Below are positions 10,896-20,452 of a stretch of 64,000 nucleotides of DNA, piece by piece. Source of the DNA: an uncultured delta proteobacterium (GTDB lineage: Bacteria; Desulfobacterota; Desulfobacteria; Desulfobacterales; JAFDCJ01). Where the stretch lies: the NCBI GenBank assembly GCA_963769935.1, contig CAVYNY010000022.1, positions 288,001-352,000 on the forward strand, given 5' to 3'. Numbering within the stretch: position 1 is the stretch's first letter; each line of letters starts with the position of its first letter. The notes under the pieces were generated by a model. That model searched no databases. It was not told the origin of the DNA and saw only the letters and a list, made by a program, of their open reading frames with translations. The position numbers and the translations under genes are program-made.

Positions 10896-10923
10896 GGAAG
10901 CGTGCATCTTTTAACCTGTACCT

Positions 10924-12078
10924 TTATCTGCTCCGGTCGCCTTTTCTTTCCGCTGGATTTGAATATCGGTTCCCGGCGGCGCTGATATTCATCAAAATTC
11001 CAACCGATGCCATATTCAGCAACAGAGAGGTGCCGCCATAACTTAAAAAGGGCAGGGTGAGGCCCTTGGTCGGCAGCAAACCCAAGGTGACACCCATGTT
11101 GATGCATATTTGGAGACCCATGGCGACCGTCAGTCCGACGGCCATCAGCGATCCAAACGTGTCCGGCGCATGGCGTGCGATTTGAATGCCTTTGAAAAGA
11201 ACTACCACATAAAGCACGACGATAATCAGAACGCCTAACAGACCGAACTCTTCTCCAATAATTGAAAATATAAAATCCGTGTGGGGTTCGGGCAGATAAA
11301 ACAGTTTTTGATAACCTTTGCCGATTCCCACACCCCACAATCCTCCTGTGCCGAATGCCATCAGGGAGTGGACAATCTGATAGCCCTCATCGGCCGAGTA
11401 TTGCCAGGGATGAATAAAACTTAAAATCCTCTTCATCCGGTACTCGGCGCCGATTAAAAAGAAATAAGCAAATGGAATCAACAACAGCAATGATCCGAAA
11501 AGATGCCGGCAGGGCACCCCTCCGACGAACAGCATCAGCCATGTGAGCGTCGCCAGAATGACAACCGAGCCAAAATCGGGTTGTCTGATAATAAGGACGG
11601 CAAACACGGCCAAGACGACAAAATGCGGTATAAATCCAATGGAAAATTTTTTGAGTTTGTCACCTTTTTTTTCCAGTGAATACGCCAGAAATATTACCAG
11701 AGCAAAACGTGCAAATTCCGACGGCTGAAACGAAAATTTGCCGAACCGCAGCCATCTGGTAGAACCACCGGCCTCCAGACCGAGGCCGGTGAATTGAATC
11801 GCGATCAGGAAAATAAGGGCCAGCACCAGCAAGGGGTAGGTCAGCGGGCGATACCAGCGATACGGAAAATGCCGGCAGATGACCAGCCCGATAATTCCTA
11901 TCAGGGCGAAAAGCGCCTGCTTTTTCAAAAATAAATTGTCAGTGCCGAATTTTTTTAAGGCCACCGCCGAGCTGGCGCTGTAAACCATAACAATTCCAAT
12001 CCCGACCAGAAAAAGCACGGGAAAAAGCAGTCCGATGTCATAGGAAATATTATGTGCGATTTGTTTGTCGGAATTCAT
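10924..12078 (-). CDS. ftsW: Peptidoglycan polymerase FtsW
   Basis: MVYSAS, RW, FQPSEFA, QPDFG, LPEPHTDFIF, LPTKGLTLPFLSYGG. Confidence 0.97.
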   Translation of the reverse strand: MNSDKQIAHNISYDIGLLFPVLFLVGIGIVMVYSASSAVALKKFGTDNLFLKKQALFALIGIIGLVICRHFPYRWYRPLTYPLLVLALIFLIAIQFTGLGLEAGGSTRWLRFGKFSFQPSEFARFALVIFLAYSLEKKGDKLKKFSIGFIPHFVVLAVFAVLIIRQPDFGSVVILATLTWLMLFVGGVPCRHLFGSLLLLIPFAYFFLIGAEYRMKRILSFIHPWQYSADEGYQIVHSLMAFGTGGLWGVGIGKGYQKLFYLPEPHTDFIFSIIGEEFGLLGVLIIVVLYVVVLFKGIQIARHAPDTFGSLMAVGLTVAMGLQICINMGVTLGLLPTKGLTLPFLSYGGTSLLLNMASVGILMNISAAGNRYSNPAERKGDRSR

Positions 12079-13514
12079 GATTTTTGCAATTTCAACTTTT
12101 CGACCGCCCGCCGGAAATCATCACCCCGCTGGGCATAATTGTCGTACATATCGAAGCTGGCGCAGCCGGGCGACAACAGAACGACATCACCCGGATTCCC
12201 CGTCTCATAAGCCTGGTCAACCGCGTCCGCCATGGAATCAGCCGCAGACGTTGCTGTGATATCCTCTAAGGCCTTGCGGATAAGATCCGCGGCCCGGCCC
12301 ATGACAATCAATTTTCTGGTATGCCGGGCGACGACCTCCCGGAGTTCCCTGAAATTGCCGCCTTTATCCAGTCCGCCCATGATCAAAACTACCGGCGCGT
12401 CAAAGCATTCCACCGCCCGGGCCACGGCATCCACATTGGTTGCTTTGGAGTCATTGAAAAATTCAACACCGTTTATCTCATCAATGTACTCCAGCCGGTG
12501 GGCACTGCCCTTGAATTGATCCAGGGTGTCCTGAATCGCCTGTGATCGGGCACCCAATGCCAGGGCCGCCAGGCCGGCGGCACAGGCGTTCTCAAGATTG
12601 TGCCGGCCCCTGAGTTTGATATTGGCTAGACTAAACGATATCGGATTGCGGCCTCCGGCCTCAAGGAGCCTGCGCCCGGGTGGAATACCGGAATTTACAT
12701 TTTGGATTCTTGCGGCCTCAGCGGTTAATTCATCCGAGCGCAATGTGATATGTTGATCATTTAAAATTGCACCTTCTTCATCAGGTGCCGGGTTTGGATA
12801 AATCAATTTACGCGCCTTGATATTGCCGGCCAGGGAACGAATTATTGGATCAGCGCCATTTAAAACGGCAACATCGTCGGCCTGCTGGTTTTCAAAGAGC
12901 CGCATTTTAGATGCGGCATAGGCGGCAAAATTCGGATAGCGATCCAGATGATCGACTGTGATATTCAACAGCACGCCAACCTGCGCCCTGAAACTTTTGA
13001 TGGTGTCCAGCTGAAAACTGCTGATCTCGGCTACGATGACATCCACCGGCTGCCTGCCGTTCACGTAGTCGATGAGCGGATTGCCGATGTTGCCGCCGAC
13101 AAAAACCTTAAAACCGGATCGGACCAGCATATCGCCCACCAGCTCGGTCGTAGTCGTTTTGCCGTTGGTGCCGGTGATCGCCACAATGGGCTGCCGGATA
13201 AAACGCGAAGCCAGTTCAATTTCGCCGATCACCGGAATTCCGCGTTCCCGGGCCTGAATGACCGGCTCGATCGTATGGGAGACGCCCGGGCTCAAGACAA
13301 TCAGGTCTGCTGCCTTAAAGGTTTCCGTCCGGTGTCGGCCCAGCTCCATGGGAATGCCCATGGCTTGGATTTCATGCGCCTGAGACGCCAGTTTGCTTTC
13401 GGCCGCCATGTCGGTTGCCACAACCGCCGCCTCCCTGTTCTTCAGGAATCGGGCTACGGCAATACCCGTTTTTCCGAGGCCTACGACAACAATTTTTTTT
13501 CCGGCAAGCTGCAT
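12075..13514 (-). CDS. murD: UDP-MurNAc-L-Ala--D-glutamate ligase
   Basis: VVGLGKTG, SPG, GTNGKTTT, EISSFQL, DHLDRY, NDSKATN, LLSPGCASFD. Confidence 0.97.
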   Translation of the reverse strand: MQLAGKKIVVVGLGKTGIAVARFLKNREAAVVATDMAAESKLASQAHEIQAMGIPMELGRHRTETFKAADLIVLSPGVSHTIEPVIQARERGIPVIGEIELASRFIRQPIVAITGTNGKTTTTELVGDMLVRSGFKVFVGGNIGNPLIDYVNGRQPVDVIVAEISSFQLDTIKSFRAQVGVLLNITVDHLDRYPNFAAYAASKMRLFENQQADDVAVLNGADPIIRSLAGNIKARKLIYPNPAPDEEGAILNDQHITLRSDELTAEAARIQNVNSGIPPGRRLLEAGGRNPISFSLANIKLRGRHNLENACAAGLAALALGARSQAIQDTLDQFKGSAHRLEYIDEINGVEFFNDSKATNVDAVARAVECFDAPVVLIMGGLDKGGNFRELREVVARHTRKLIVMGRAADLIRKALEDITATSAADSMADAVDQAYETGNPGDVVLLSPGCASFDMYDNYAQRGDDFRRAVEKLKLQKS

Positions 13515-13560
13515 AATCAATAATTTTACTAAAATGGTCGATTATTCATGTAGTTCCAAT

Positions 13561-13620
13561 CCGACCGCCTCGCTCTTGCTGGCAGGAGGGCAGGGCCTGA
13601 GCAAGGGCAGAGGCGGTCGG
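13561..13620. repeat. GC-rich inverted repeat (REP-like hairpin) between mraY and murD
   Basis: CCGACCGCCTC-GCTCTTGCT ... AGCAAGGGC-A-GAGGCGGTCGG; no U-tract. Confidence 0.7.
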
Positions 13621-13627
13621 AGCTTGG

Positions 13628-14707
13628 CTATCTGAGTTTCAGCGTACTCATGGCCAAAAGAGCCAGGGCAATGGCAATGATCCAGAAGCGGACGATTACC
13701 TTGGGCTCCGGCCAACCCTTGAGTTCAAAATGATGGTGCAGCGGCGCCATTTTAAATATTCTTTTGCCGCTGGTCATTTTAAAAAAACCGACCTGGAAAA
13801 TGACCGACAGTGCTTCAATGACAAACAATCCGCCCACCAGCGCCAATAAAATTTCCTGTTTAATTATAACGGCCACCGTTCCCAGCGCTGCACCCAGCGA
13901 CAGGGAGCCGACGTCGCCCATAAAAATTTCGGCGGGATAGGAGTTAAACCACAGAAAACCGAGGCCCGCCCCGGCCAGAGCCCCGCAGAAGATCGTTAAT
14001 TCTCCTGCGCCGGCCACGTAGTTTAACTGCAGGTAACCGGCGATTTTGACATTCCCCGTCACATAGGCAAAAATCATATAGGTTGCCGCTGCGATGATCA
14101 CCGGACCGATGGCAAGTCCGTCGAGACCATCGGTCAGATTGACGGCGTTGGACGCGCCGACAATGACAAATATTGCAAAAATTATATAGCCCCAGCCGAA
14201 ATCCGGTGAAATATTTTTGAAAAAGGGCAGGGTAACCTGCGTTGAAAAATTCGGGCTGGCATAAACCAAAATTCCGGTGATCAGAGCGACAATCACCTGC
14301 AACAGCAGCTTGCGCCGAACGGTAAGTCCTTTGCTTTGTTTTTTGACCTGCATCAAATAATCATCGATAAATCCGATCAACCCGAAACCCAGCAGAACAA
14401 GAAGTACGATCCATACAAATAAATTGGTCAAGTCACTCCACAGGAGAACGGAAACCGTAATGGCCAGCAAGATCAATGTGCCGCCCATGGTCGGTGTGCC
14501 GGCTTTGCCAAGGTGGGTTTTGGGACCATCATCGCGTATGTATTGTCCCACCTGCATCTTTGCCAGTTTGCGGATCATCCAGGGACCCAGCAGAAAGCAA
14601 ATGAAAAAGGCCGTCAGACTGGCATAGATGGTCCTGAACGTGATGTAGCGAAAGACGTTCAAGACCGTAAATGTCGTGTGCAGTGGATACAACAGGTGAT
14701 AAAGCAT
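13628..14707 (-). CDS. mraY: Phospho-N-acetylmuramoyl-pentapeptide transferase
   Basis: [42 protein letters not shown]. Confidence 0.98.
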   Translation of the reverse strand: MLYHLLYPLHTTFTVLNVFRYITFRTIYASLTAFFICFLLGPWMIRKLAKMQVGQYIRDDGPKTHLGKAGTPTMGGTLILLAITVSVLLWSDLTNLFVWIVLLVLLGFGLIGFIDDYLMQVKKQSKGLTVRRKLLLQVIVALITGILVYASPNFSTQVTLPFFKNISPDFGWGYIIFAIFVIVGASNAVNLTDGLDGLAIGPVIIAAATYMIFAYVTGNVKIAGYLQLNYVAGAGELTIFCGALAGAGLGFLWFNSYPAEIFMGDVGSLSLGAALGTVAVIIKQEILLALVGGLFVIEALSVIFQVGFFKMTSGKRIFKMAPLHHHFELKGWPEPKVIVRFWIIAIALALLAMSTLKLR

Positions 14708-14712
14708 TTTTA

Positions 14713-14798
14713 ATCCCTACATTGCCTAAATTGTCTAAAATTAAGGGTGCTAACCATTTTTATGATCGCTGTATCCAATGACTAATAACAAATAACCA
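14713..14798. repeat. 7-bp and 9-bp repeat arms between murF and mraY
   Basis: Sense TGGTTAT TTGTTAT TAGTCAT after the stop; TTAGACAAT TTAGGCAAT GTAGG before the start. Confidence 0.7.
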
Positions 14799-16229
14799 TT
14801 AACTTTTTATCTCTCCCGCCCGATCCTTCAGCCCCTGGACCACCTTTTCCATGGCCATGCCGCGTGAACCTTTTACCAGGACCCAGTCGCCGGGTTGCAA
14901 CCGGGCGATCAGATCTTCGACTATCTCCTCGCGGGATCCGGTGATGAAATCGGCCTCCGGCAGACCTGCATTGCGGGCGCCGGCTGCCACAGAATCGGCA
15001 TATTCTCCGTAGGCATATAATCGGCTGATTCCGGATTGGGCGGCCAGAGCACCGACCTGGCTGTGCAGCGGCGCCGCCTGCCGGCCGAGCTCCAGCATAT
15101 CCCCGGCGACAAAAATTCCTCTGGCCCCGGCGCGCACCGTGTTAAAGGCTGACAGGGCGGCCTTCATCGATTCCGGATTGGCATTGTAGGTATCGTCGAT
15201 AATGTGGATCCCGTTGGGTGTATGATGGATGTTCATCCGGCCACTGACCGGTTCAACCGCCTCCAACCCGGCTTTAATGTCAGCGGCCGACACCCCCAGC
15301 AGATTCCCGACAGCCGCCGCGGCCAGGGCATTGGTCACCATAAAGCGGCCGGGAGAATTCAGGCGGATGGATATGCGCGCTTCAGCAAGCTTCAGCATAA
15401 AGCATATTCCATTTTCTTTCTCGGCGACATCCTCCGCTCTGACTGCGGCATCCGGCGCAAGACCATAGAGACGCACTTGGTGGGCAGTTTGGCGGGCCAG
15501 TTGCCGTACCCGGGAATCGTCGGCATTGAGAACTGCTTTGCCGTTTGGGCGCAGACTATTCAATAGAGACCCTTTTTCCCGTGCGACCCCTTCAATTGAT
15601 CCCAGGCCTTCCAGGTGGGCCGGGCCGATATTGGTAATGACAGCGATATCCGGCATGCAGATTTCGGCCAATCTTGCGATTTCCCCCGGGTTGTTGGTGC
15701 CCAGCTCCACGACGGCCCATTGATGATCGGGCTCAAGACCCAGCAGGGTCAAGGGCAAGCCGATCTGGTTATTGAAATTTCCGGCCGTCGCCAGCGTGTT
15801 GTACTGCCGTGAGATGACAGCGGCGGTCAATTGACGGGTGGTGGTTTTGCCGTTGGAGCCCGTAATGGCCACAACCGAAGCCTTGGAGCGCCGGCGGTTG
15901 AAGGCCGCCATATCACCCAGGGCGCGGGTAGTGTCTTTCACCGCGACGGCCGTAACACCTTTTTGTTTCCACTTTGCGACAGGCAGTTTGCCAGCTTCCC
16001 GGCGGCTGATCACCAACCCCCGTCCCCCCTGTTCGACAACATCCGATGCAAAGGTATGGCCGTCATGAATCTCGCCGATAATGGCTATAAAAACGCCGTC
16101 GGCAGTGACTTTGCGCGAGTCGATAAAGATCCCCGCAAACGACTGCTGCAATTCGCCGCACAAAAGCTTACCACCGGTGGCTTCAAGGATCTCCCTGGTT
16201 GTCCAGGGTATGGGTCTGTCGCTGCTCAT
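14799..16229 (-). CDS. murF: UDP-MurNAc-tripeptide--D-Ala-D-Ala ligase
   Basis: DSR, ITGSNGKTTT, NFNNQIGLP, DDTYNANP, GDMLELG, LVKGSRG. Confidence 0.97.
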   Translation of the reverse strand: MSSDRPIPWTTREILEATGGKLLCGELQQSFAGIFIDSRKVTADGVFIAIIGEIHDGHTFASDVVEQGGRGLVISRREAGKLPVAKWKQKGVTAVAVKDTTRALGDMAAFNRRRSKASVVAITGSNGKTTTRQLTAAVISRQYNTLATAGNFNNQIGLPLTLLGLEPDHQWAVVELGTNNPGEIARLAEICMPDIAVITNIGPAHLEGLGSIEGVAREKGSLLNSLRPNGKAVLNADDSRVRQLARQTAHQVRLYGLAPDAAVRAEDVAEKENGICFMLKLAEARISIRLNSPGRFMVTNALAAAAVGNLLGVSAADIKAGLEAVEPVSGRMNIHHTPNGIHIIDDTYNANPESMKAALSAFNTVRAGARGIFVAGDMLELGRQAAPLHSQVGALAAQSGISRLYAYGEYADSVAAGARNAGLPEADFITGSREEIVEDLIARLQPGDWVLVKGSRGMAMEKVVQGLKDRAGEIKS

Positions 16230-16284
16230 TATATTTTTACTTTTTTGAGGTTTCTCCTCTTCACTTTTTCGGAGAAATTATCAA

Positions 16285-16428
16285 CTATTAGCTGATAGCT
16301 GATAGCTGATGGCAAGATGGATTTTGGCCTGCTTTACTATGAGCTATGAGCTCTTGTATCTCAGTCCTCAGCACTTAGTTCCGAGCTCCGAGCGTCCGGC
16401 ATCGAGAATCAGGTATCCAGCATCAAAC
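16285..16428. repeat. Stack of five 7-bp repeat families between murE and murF
   Basis: Sense GATGCTG, CTCGGAG, GTGCTGA/GGACTGA, GCTCATA x2, GCTATCA x3. Confidence 0.8.
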
Positions 16429-18072
16429 ATCCAGCTTCGCCAGCGCTTTTCTGGCCTCTTCCCGGTCATCAAAGTCTATCGTTTTCTTCCCGATAATCTG
16501 GTACGTTTCATGTCCTTTGCCGGCAATTATTACGGCATCGTTCGGCCTGGATGCCATTATGGCCAGCTCAATAGCGCGTCGACGGTCCGGTTCAACGATA
16601 TATCCTTTTTTATCAATCCCAGTTTTCACATCCTGCACTGAATATTGGATGCCGCCCGCCGCTTTGATCCCCGGTAATATCTGATCGATGATGGCAGCCG
16701 GCTCTTCGGTACGCGGGTTGTCCGATGTCACGATCGCCAGATCGCAAAGCCGGGCGGCAATCTCTCCCATCTGAGGGCGCTTGTCCCGGTCGCGGTCCCC
16801 ACCGCAGCCGAATACGCAGATGATCCCGGCCGGGGCAATTTGCTTTAAGGCGGACACCGCATTTTTCAGGGCATCCGGTGTATGGGCATAATCCACGTAG
16901 ACAAAACGTTCTGTAGCATTTTCGATCCGCTCAAGGCGGCCGGGTATGGCCGATAGTGATTCGACGCCGGCTTTAATTGCGGACAGAGGTATTTTCAGCG
17001 CTGCAGCCGTCCCGGCGGCACTGAGAATATTTGCGAGATTATGTATTCCCACAAGGGGAGTTTTGAAATCAAAACTCCCCTGTGGGGTGGAAACCCTCCC
17101 CTGGGTGCCCGTTAATCCATAGCGGGAGGTTTCGGCCTTAATTTCACAAGCAGGGGTCGATCCGGTTTTAATAATCGGCAATGACAGATCTTTCGCCAGC
17201 TCTGCCCCTTTGGGATCATCACAATTGATAACGGCCACCGCTTTATCTTTTTTGGGTCCGCAGTTCAGATACTCGGTAAATAGGCGCTTTTTGCAGGACC
17301 AGTACGCTTGCATGTCGCCATGAAAATCGAGGTGATCCTGGCTCAAATTCGTAAAGACGGCCACATCAAACCGGCAGTTTCTGATCCGGAATAGCGCCAT
17401 GGCATGGGAAGACGCTTCCATTACGACATGGGTGACTCCGGCCTGCAGCATTTCCGACATAATGCGCTGGAGATCCAGGGATTCCGGAGTCGTCACAGGA
17501 TTGGGGAACGTTTTGTCAGCATAGCGATAATTTATGGTTCCAATTACACCAACCTTAAAATCGGCGGCCGACAGGATACTTTCGATTAAATAAGCGACGG
17601 TGGTCTTACCGTTGGTGCCGGTGATGCCGATCAGGGTCATATGATCCGACGGCCGGCTGAAAAAACAGGCGGCCAAATCAGCCAGTGCCGTGCGGGTATC
17701 CCGCACGTGGACGATGATCGGTTGGCTTTGTGGCAACGTCGACCGGCCTTCTTTAAGAAAGGATCGATCCGGTTTCTTTTGGACCACCACGGCTGCCGCT
17801 CCCCTTGCCAGTGCCTGACCGATAAAATCATGGCCGTCCGCCCTGTGACCCTCAATGGCAACGAAAAGGCCATTTGGCTCCACTTCCTGGGCTCGGCAAT
17901 GAATTGAACTGATGTCGGTATCCGGCGAGTCGGCAGTGGGCATAGGACCAAGGGTATAGCGCACCTTGGCAACGCTTTTTGCGCTTTGCGCTTTGCCTTC
18001 TGCCTTCAGGCTGAATATTCCAATGGGTTCAATCGCTTTTAGTAAGGTTGAAAGCTGCACCTGCTCACCCAT
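16423..18072 (-). CDS. murE: UDP-MurNAc-L-Ala-D-Glu--meso-DAP ligase (with a repeat-derived N-terminal insert)
   Basis: GITGTNGKTT, TTP, MEASSHA, FTNLSQDHLDFH, VDYAHTPDAL, FGCGGDRD, DNPR, AGKGHE. Confidence 0.97.
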   Translation of the reverse strand: MGEQVQLSTLLKAIEPIGIFSLKAEGKAQSAKSVAKVRYTLGPMPTADSPDTDISSIHCRAQEVEPNGLFVAIEGHRADGHDFIGQALARGAAAVVVQKKPDRSFLKEGRSTLPQSQPIIVHVRDTRTALADLAACFFSRPSDHMTLIGITGTNGKTTVAYLIESILSAADFKVGVIGTINYRYADKTFPNPVTTPESLDLQRIMSEMLQAGVTHVVMEASSHAMALFRIRNCRFDVAVFTNLSQDHLDFHGDMQAYWSCKKRLFTEYLNCGPKKDKAVAVINCDDPKGAELAKDLSLPIIKTGSTPACEIKAETSRYGLTGTQGRVSTPQGSFDFKTPLVGIHNLANILSAAGTAAALKIPLSAIKAGVESLSAIPGRLERIENATERFVYVDYAHTPDALKNAVSALKQIAPAGIICVFGCGGDRDRDKRPQMGEIAARLCDLAIVTSDNPRTEEPAAIIDQILPGIKAAGGIQYSVQDVKTGIDKKGYIVEPDRRRAIELAIMASRPNDAVIIAGKGHETYQIIGKKTIDFDDREEARKALAKLDV

Positions 18073-19795
18073 TTGCCTTGATTTCCAGGGATACCCTTAA
18101 TTTGGTTTTGTCACTTTCAGGAGCGACATTTAAATAGTTGAGCGTTTGCTGGGCGATATCTTTAAATACCGGTGCGGCAACTGCGCCCCCGTAATAACTT
18201 TCCTTGGGTTCATCGATGACGACCAGAATCGCTATTTGCGGATGATCGGCCGGCGTAAATCCCACAAAAGAGGCCATATGTTTGCTGTTCGAATATTTTC
18301 CATTTTCATCGAGCTTGCGGGTGGTGCCTGTTTTACCGCAAACCGAATATCCATCCAGAGCGGCATTTACGCCGGTGCCGCCCTCGGTAATGACGGACTG
18401 CATTATTTTTTTTACAATGCCGGCTGTTCGGGCGGAAACGACACGCCGCACCTGCTGTGCCTTGTAGGTTTTAACGGGAAGACCGTTTTGATCGGTCAGC
18501 TCCTTTACAATATAAGGTTTCATGAGGATTCCGTCATTGGCGATAGCCGAAACCGCCGTTATCAATTGAACGGCTGAAACGGCCAATCCATGACCGAAAG
18601 AAATGGCACCGATGTCTATATCCGACCAGGAGGAATAATAGGAGAGACTGCCGGTTGTTTCACCGGGGCAGTCAATGCCTGTTTTCTCGCCAAAACCAAA
18701 GCTGTGAAATGTTTGATAAAGCTTTTTGGCTCCCACCTTTTCACCGACTTTTGCAGCCCCGATGTTACTGGAGAACTTAATGATTTGCCGCAGCGACAGC
18801 CAGCCATGCCGTTCGATATCATGAACGACATTTCTCCCAATTTTATAGGCGCCGTTCTCACAATAAAAAATGTCGTCTGGTTTGATGTTGCCATATTCCA
18901 GTGCTGCCGCCGCGCTGAAAATCTTGATGGTTGAGCCCGGCTCAAATGGATCGGTGATGGCCCGGTTGCGCCAGAGGGATCGGTCGTATTCCAAATAGGA
19001 ATTCGGATTGATCGTCGGATATTGAGCGATCGCCAGAATGGCGCCTGTCTGCGGCTGCATGACAATTGCCAAAGCGGATGCCGCTGAATATTGATCAACA
19101 GCCTGCTGCAGGGCGTTTTCAGTTATATACTGGATGGTGCTGTCAATGGTCAGTACCAGGTTATGCCCGCTGTCGGCCGTCATTTGCCGGTTTTCGGGAC
19201 TAAAACCGTTGCCCAGGGCATCCTGGAAGAACGTAAAATTATTGTGATTTCCTGTCAGCTGACGGTTGTAGAAAAATTCAATACCTTCCAAGCCCCCGCC
19301 ATCCAAACCGGTAAAACCCAGCGCCTGGGCCGCTAAAGTCGTATTGGGATAATAGCGGTTGTATTCCTGGACAAAATCGATGCCCGGCAACTCAAGATCT
19401 TTAACCAGGCTGGTTTCTTTGGCCGTTGTTTGGCGCTTGATCCAGACAAAGGATTTGTCGATTGTGAGCCGTTTTTTGACAGCACGCGCGTCCAACTTCA
19501 AAATTTTAGCCAGAGCCTTGGCACTTGCGTTAATATCCTTTATCCGGGACGGGTAGGCAGCAATCGATGTCACATTCACGCTGACGGCCATTTCCCGCAT
19601 ATTGCGGTCATAAATAATGCCGCGCTTGCCGGATGTGGTTAACGATTTTTCATACTGACCGGTGGCTATCTGCGACAGCCACTGACTCCGATAAACTTGC
19701 AACTGTACCGCTTTGGCGACAATGGCCGCAAAGGCCCCCAGAAAGATGAGACCCACCAGCAGGATTCGCATTTTGAAATATTTATTTTCCATCAC
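18065..19795 (-). CDS. ftsI: Penicillin-binding protein 3 / FtsI
   Basis: N-terminal TM, RGIIYDRN, EPGSTIK (SxxK), SSN, KTGT. Confidence 0.95.
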   Translation of the reverse strand: MMENKYFKMRILLVGLIFLGAFAAIVAKAVQLQVYRSQWLSQIATGQYEKSLTTSGKRGIIYDRNMREMAVSVNVTSIAAYPSRIKDINASAKALAKILKLDARAVKKRLTIDKSFVWIKRQTTAKETSLVKDLELPGIDFVQEYNRYYPNTTLAAQALGFTGLDGGGLEGIEFFYNRQLTGNHNNFTFFQDALGNGFSPENRQMTADSGHNLVLTIDSTIQYITENALQQAVDQYSAASALAIVMQPQTGAILAIAQYPTINPNSYLEYDRSLWRNRAITDPFEPGSTIKIFSAAAALEYGNIKPDDIFYCENGAYKIGRNVVHDIERHGWLSLRQIIKFSSNIGAAKVGEKVGAKKLYQTFHSFGFGEKTGIDCPGETTGSLSYYSSWSDIDIGAISFGHGLAVSAVQLITAVSAIANDGILMKPYIVKELTDQNGLPVKTYKAQQVRRVVSARTAGIVKKIMQSVITEGGTGVNAALDGYSVCGKTGTTRKLDENGKYSNSKHMASFVGFTPADHPQIAILVVIDEPKESYYGGAVAAPVFKDIAQQTLNYLNVAPESDKTKLRVSLEIKANG

Positions 19796-19893
19796 GAATC
19801 AGGTTCTCATTTTTTCTACTCTGATAATTTATAGCCAATGCCTGATACAGAATAGCTTGGGTTTTAGGTTCCTTATTAAAAAGGCTATCATCA

Positions 19894-19941
19894 TTAATTT
19901 TAGGCAATTTAGGCATTTTAGTTCATTTCAGGCATTTATAT
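19894..19941. repeat. 9-bp repeat arm after the ftsL stop
   Basis: Sense AAATGCCTG AAATGAACT AAAATGCCT AAATTGCCT AAAATT. Confidence 0.7.
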
Positions 19942-20253
19942 TTATGGCATCACGATTGTTTGTTTCGCCCTCGGCGAAATCAAACCCAGCTGCTCTCTGG
20001 CTATTTTGGCAATGCGCCGGGGAGATTTAAGACGCGCCAGTTCAATTGTTAAGTTATCCTGCATCGCGGAGAGTTGTTGGACGGTTTGGGCCTGCTTGGC
20101 GATATCATACTTAACCTGGGTGGACTGTACCCGACACCACGTGTAAAAAAGGAGTTCGGCGATGAATACGGCCATCAAAACCAGACAGGTCATAACCATT
20201 TTCGGGTTGCGTTGCTTGCGCTTCCGGTTGCTGATCTTTACGTTTTTGGCCAT
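19942..20253 (-). CDS. ftsL: Cell division protein FtsL
   Basis: Basic N-terminus, TM, coiled coil, LKSPRRIAKIAREQLGL; between rsmH and ftsI. Confidence 0.88.
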   Translation of the reverse strand: MAKNVKISNRKRKQRNPKMVMTCLVLMAVFIAELLFYTWCRVQSTQVKYDIAKQAQTVQQLSAMQDNLTIELARLKSPRRIAKIAREQLGLISPRAKQTIVMP

Positions 20254-20261
20254 CGTATGAA

Positions 20262-20452
20262 AGATTCAGTTGATTCGATTACTGGTTGATGAGTTATAAA
20301 GGATCGTTTAGTACGTTTTGATCGTCCCGGTTAAACAAAAGACAAAAAGGTTTAACGGGATAAATTCGGATCGTTAAGGTCGTCACCGTCTCATCTTCCC
20401 GGCTTCTGATCTTCTCAACTTCTGAGGTTCTAATTTTCTCACCTTCTGTCTT
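20262..20452. repeat. 8/9-bp repeat arms between rsmH and ftsL
   Basis: Sense GTGAGAAA/GTTGAGAA/GATCAGAA purine 8-mers after the stop; GACCTTAAC/GATCAAAAC and AACTCATC/AACTGAATC units before the start. Confidence 0.75.

Noticed and set aside
10737..10907. 57-aa N-terminal extension of MurG, and small spacer ORFs (1964-2149, 5579-5833, 8056-8283, 50187-50378)
   Set aside because: They are translations of the low-complexity repeat arms.
2005..20452. Intergenic repeats as CRISPR arrays or intrinsic terminators
   Set aside because: Periods are 7-9 bp with no unique spacers, there are no cas genes, and there is no hairpin plus U-tract.
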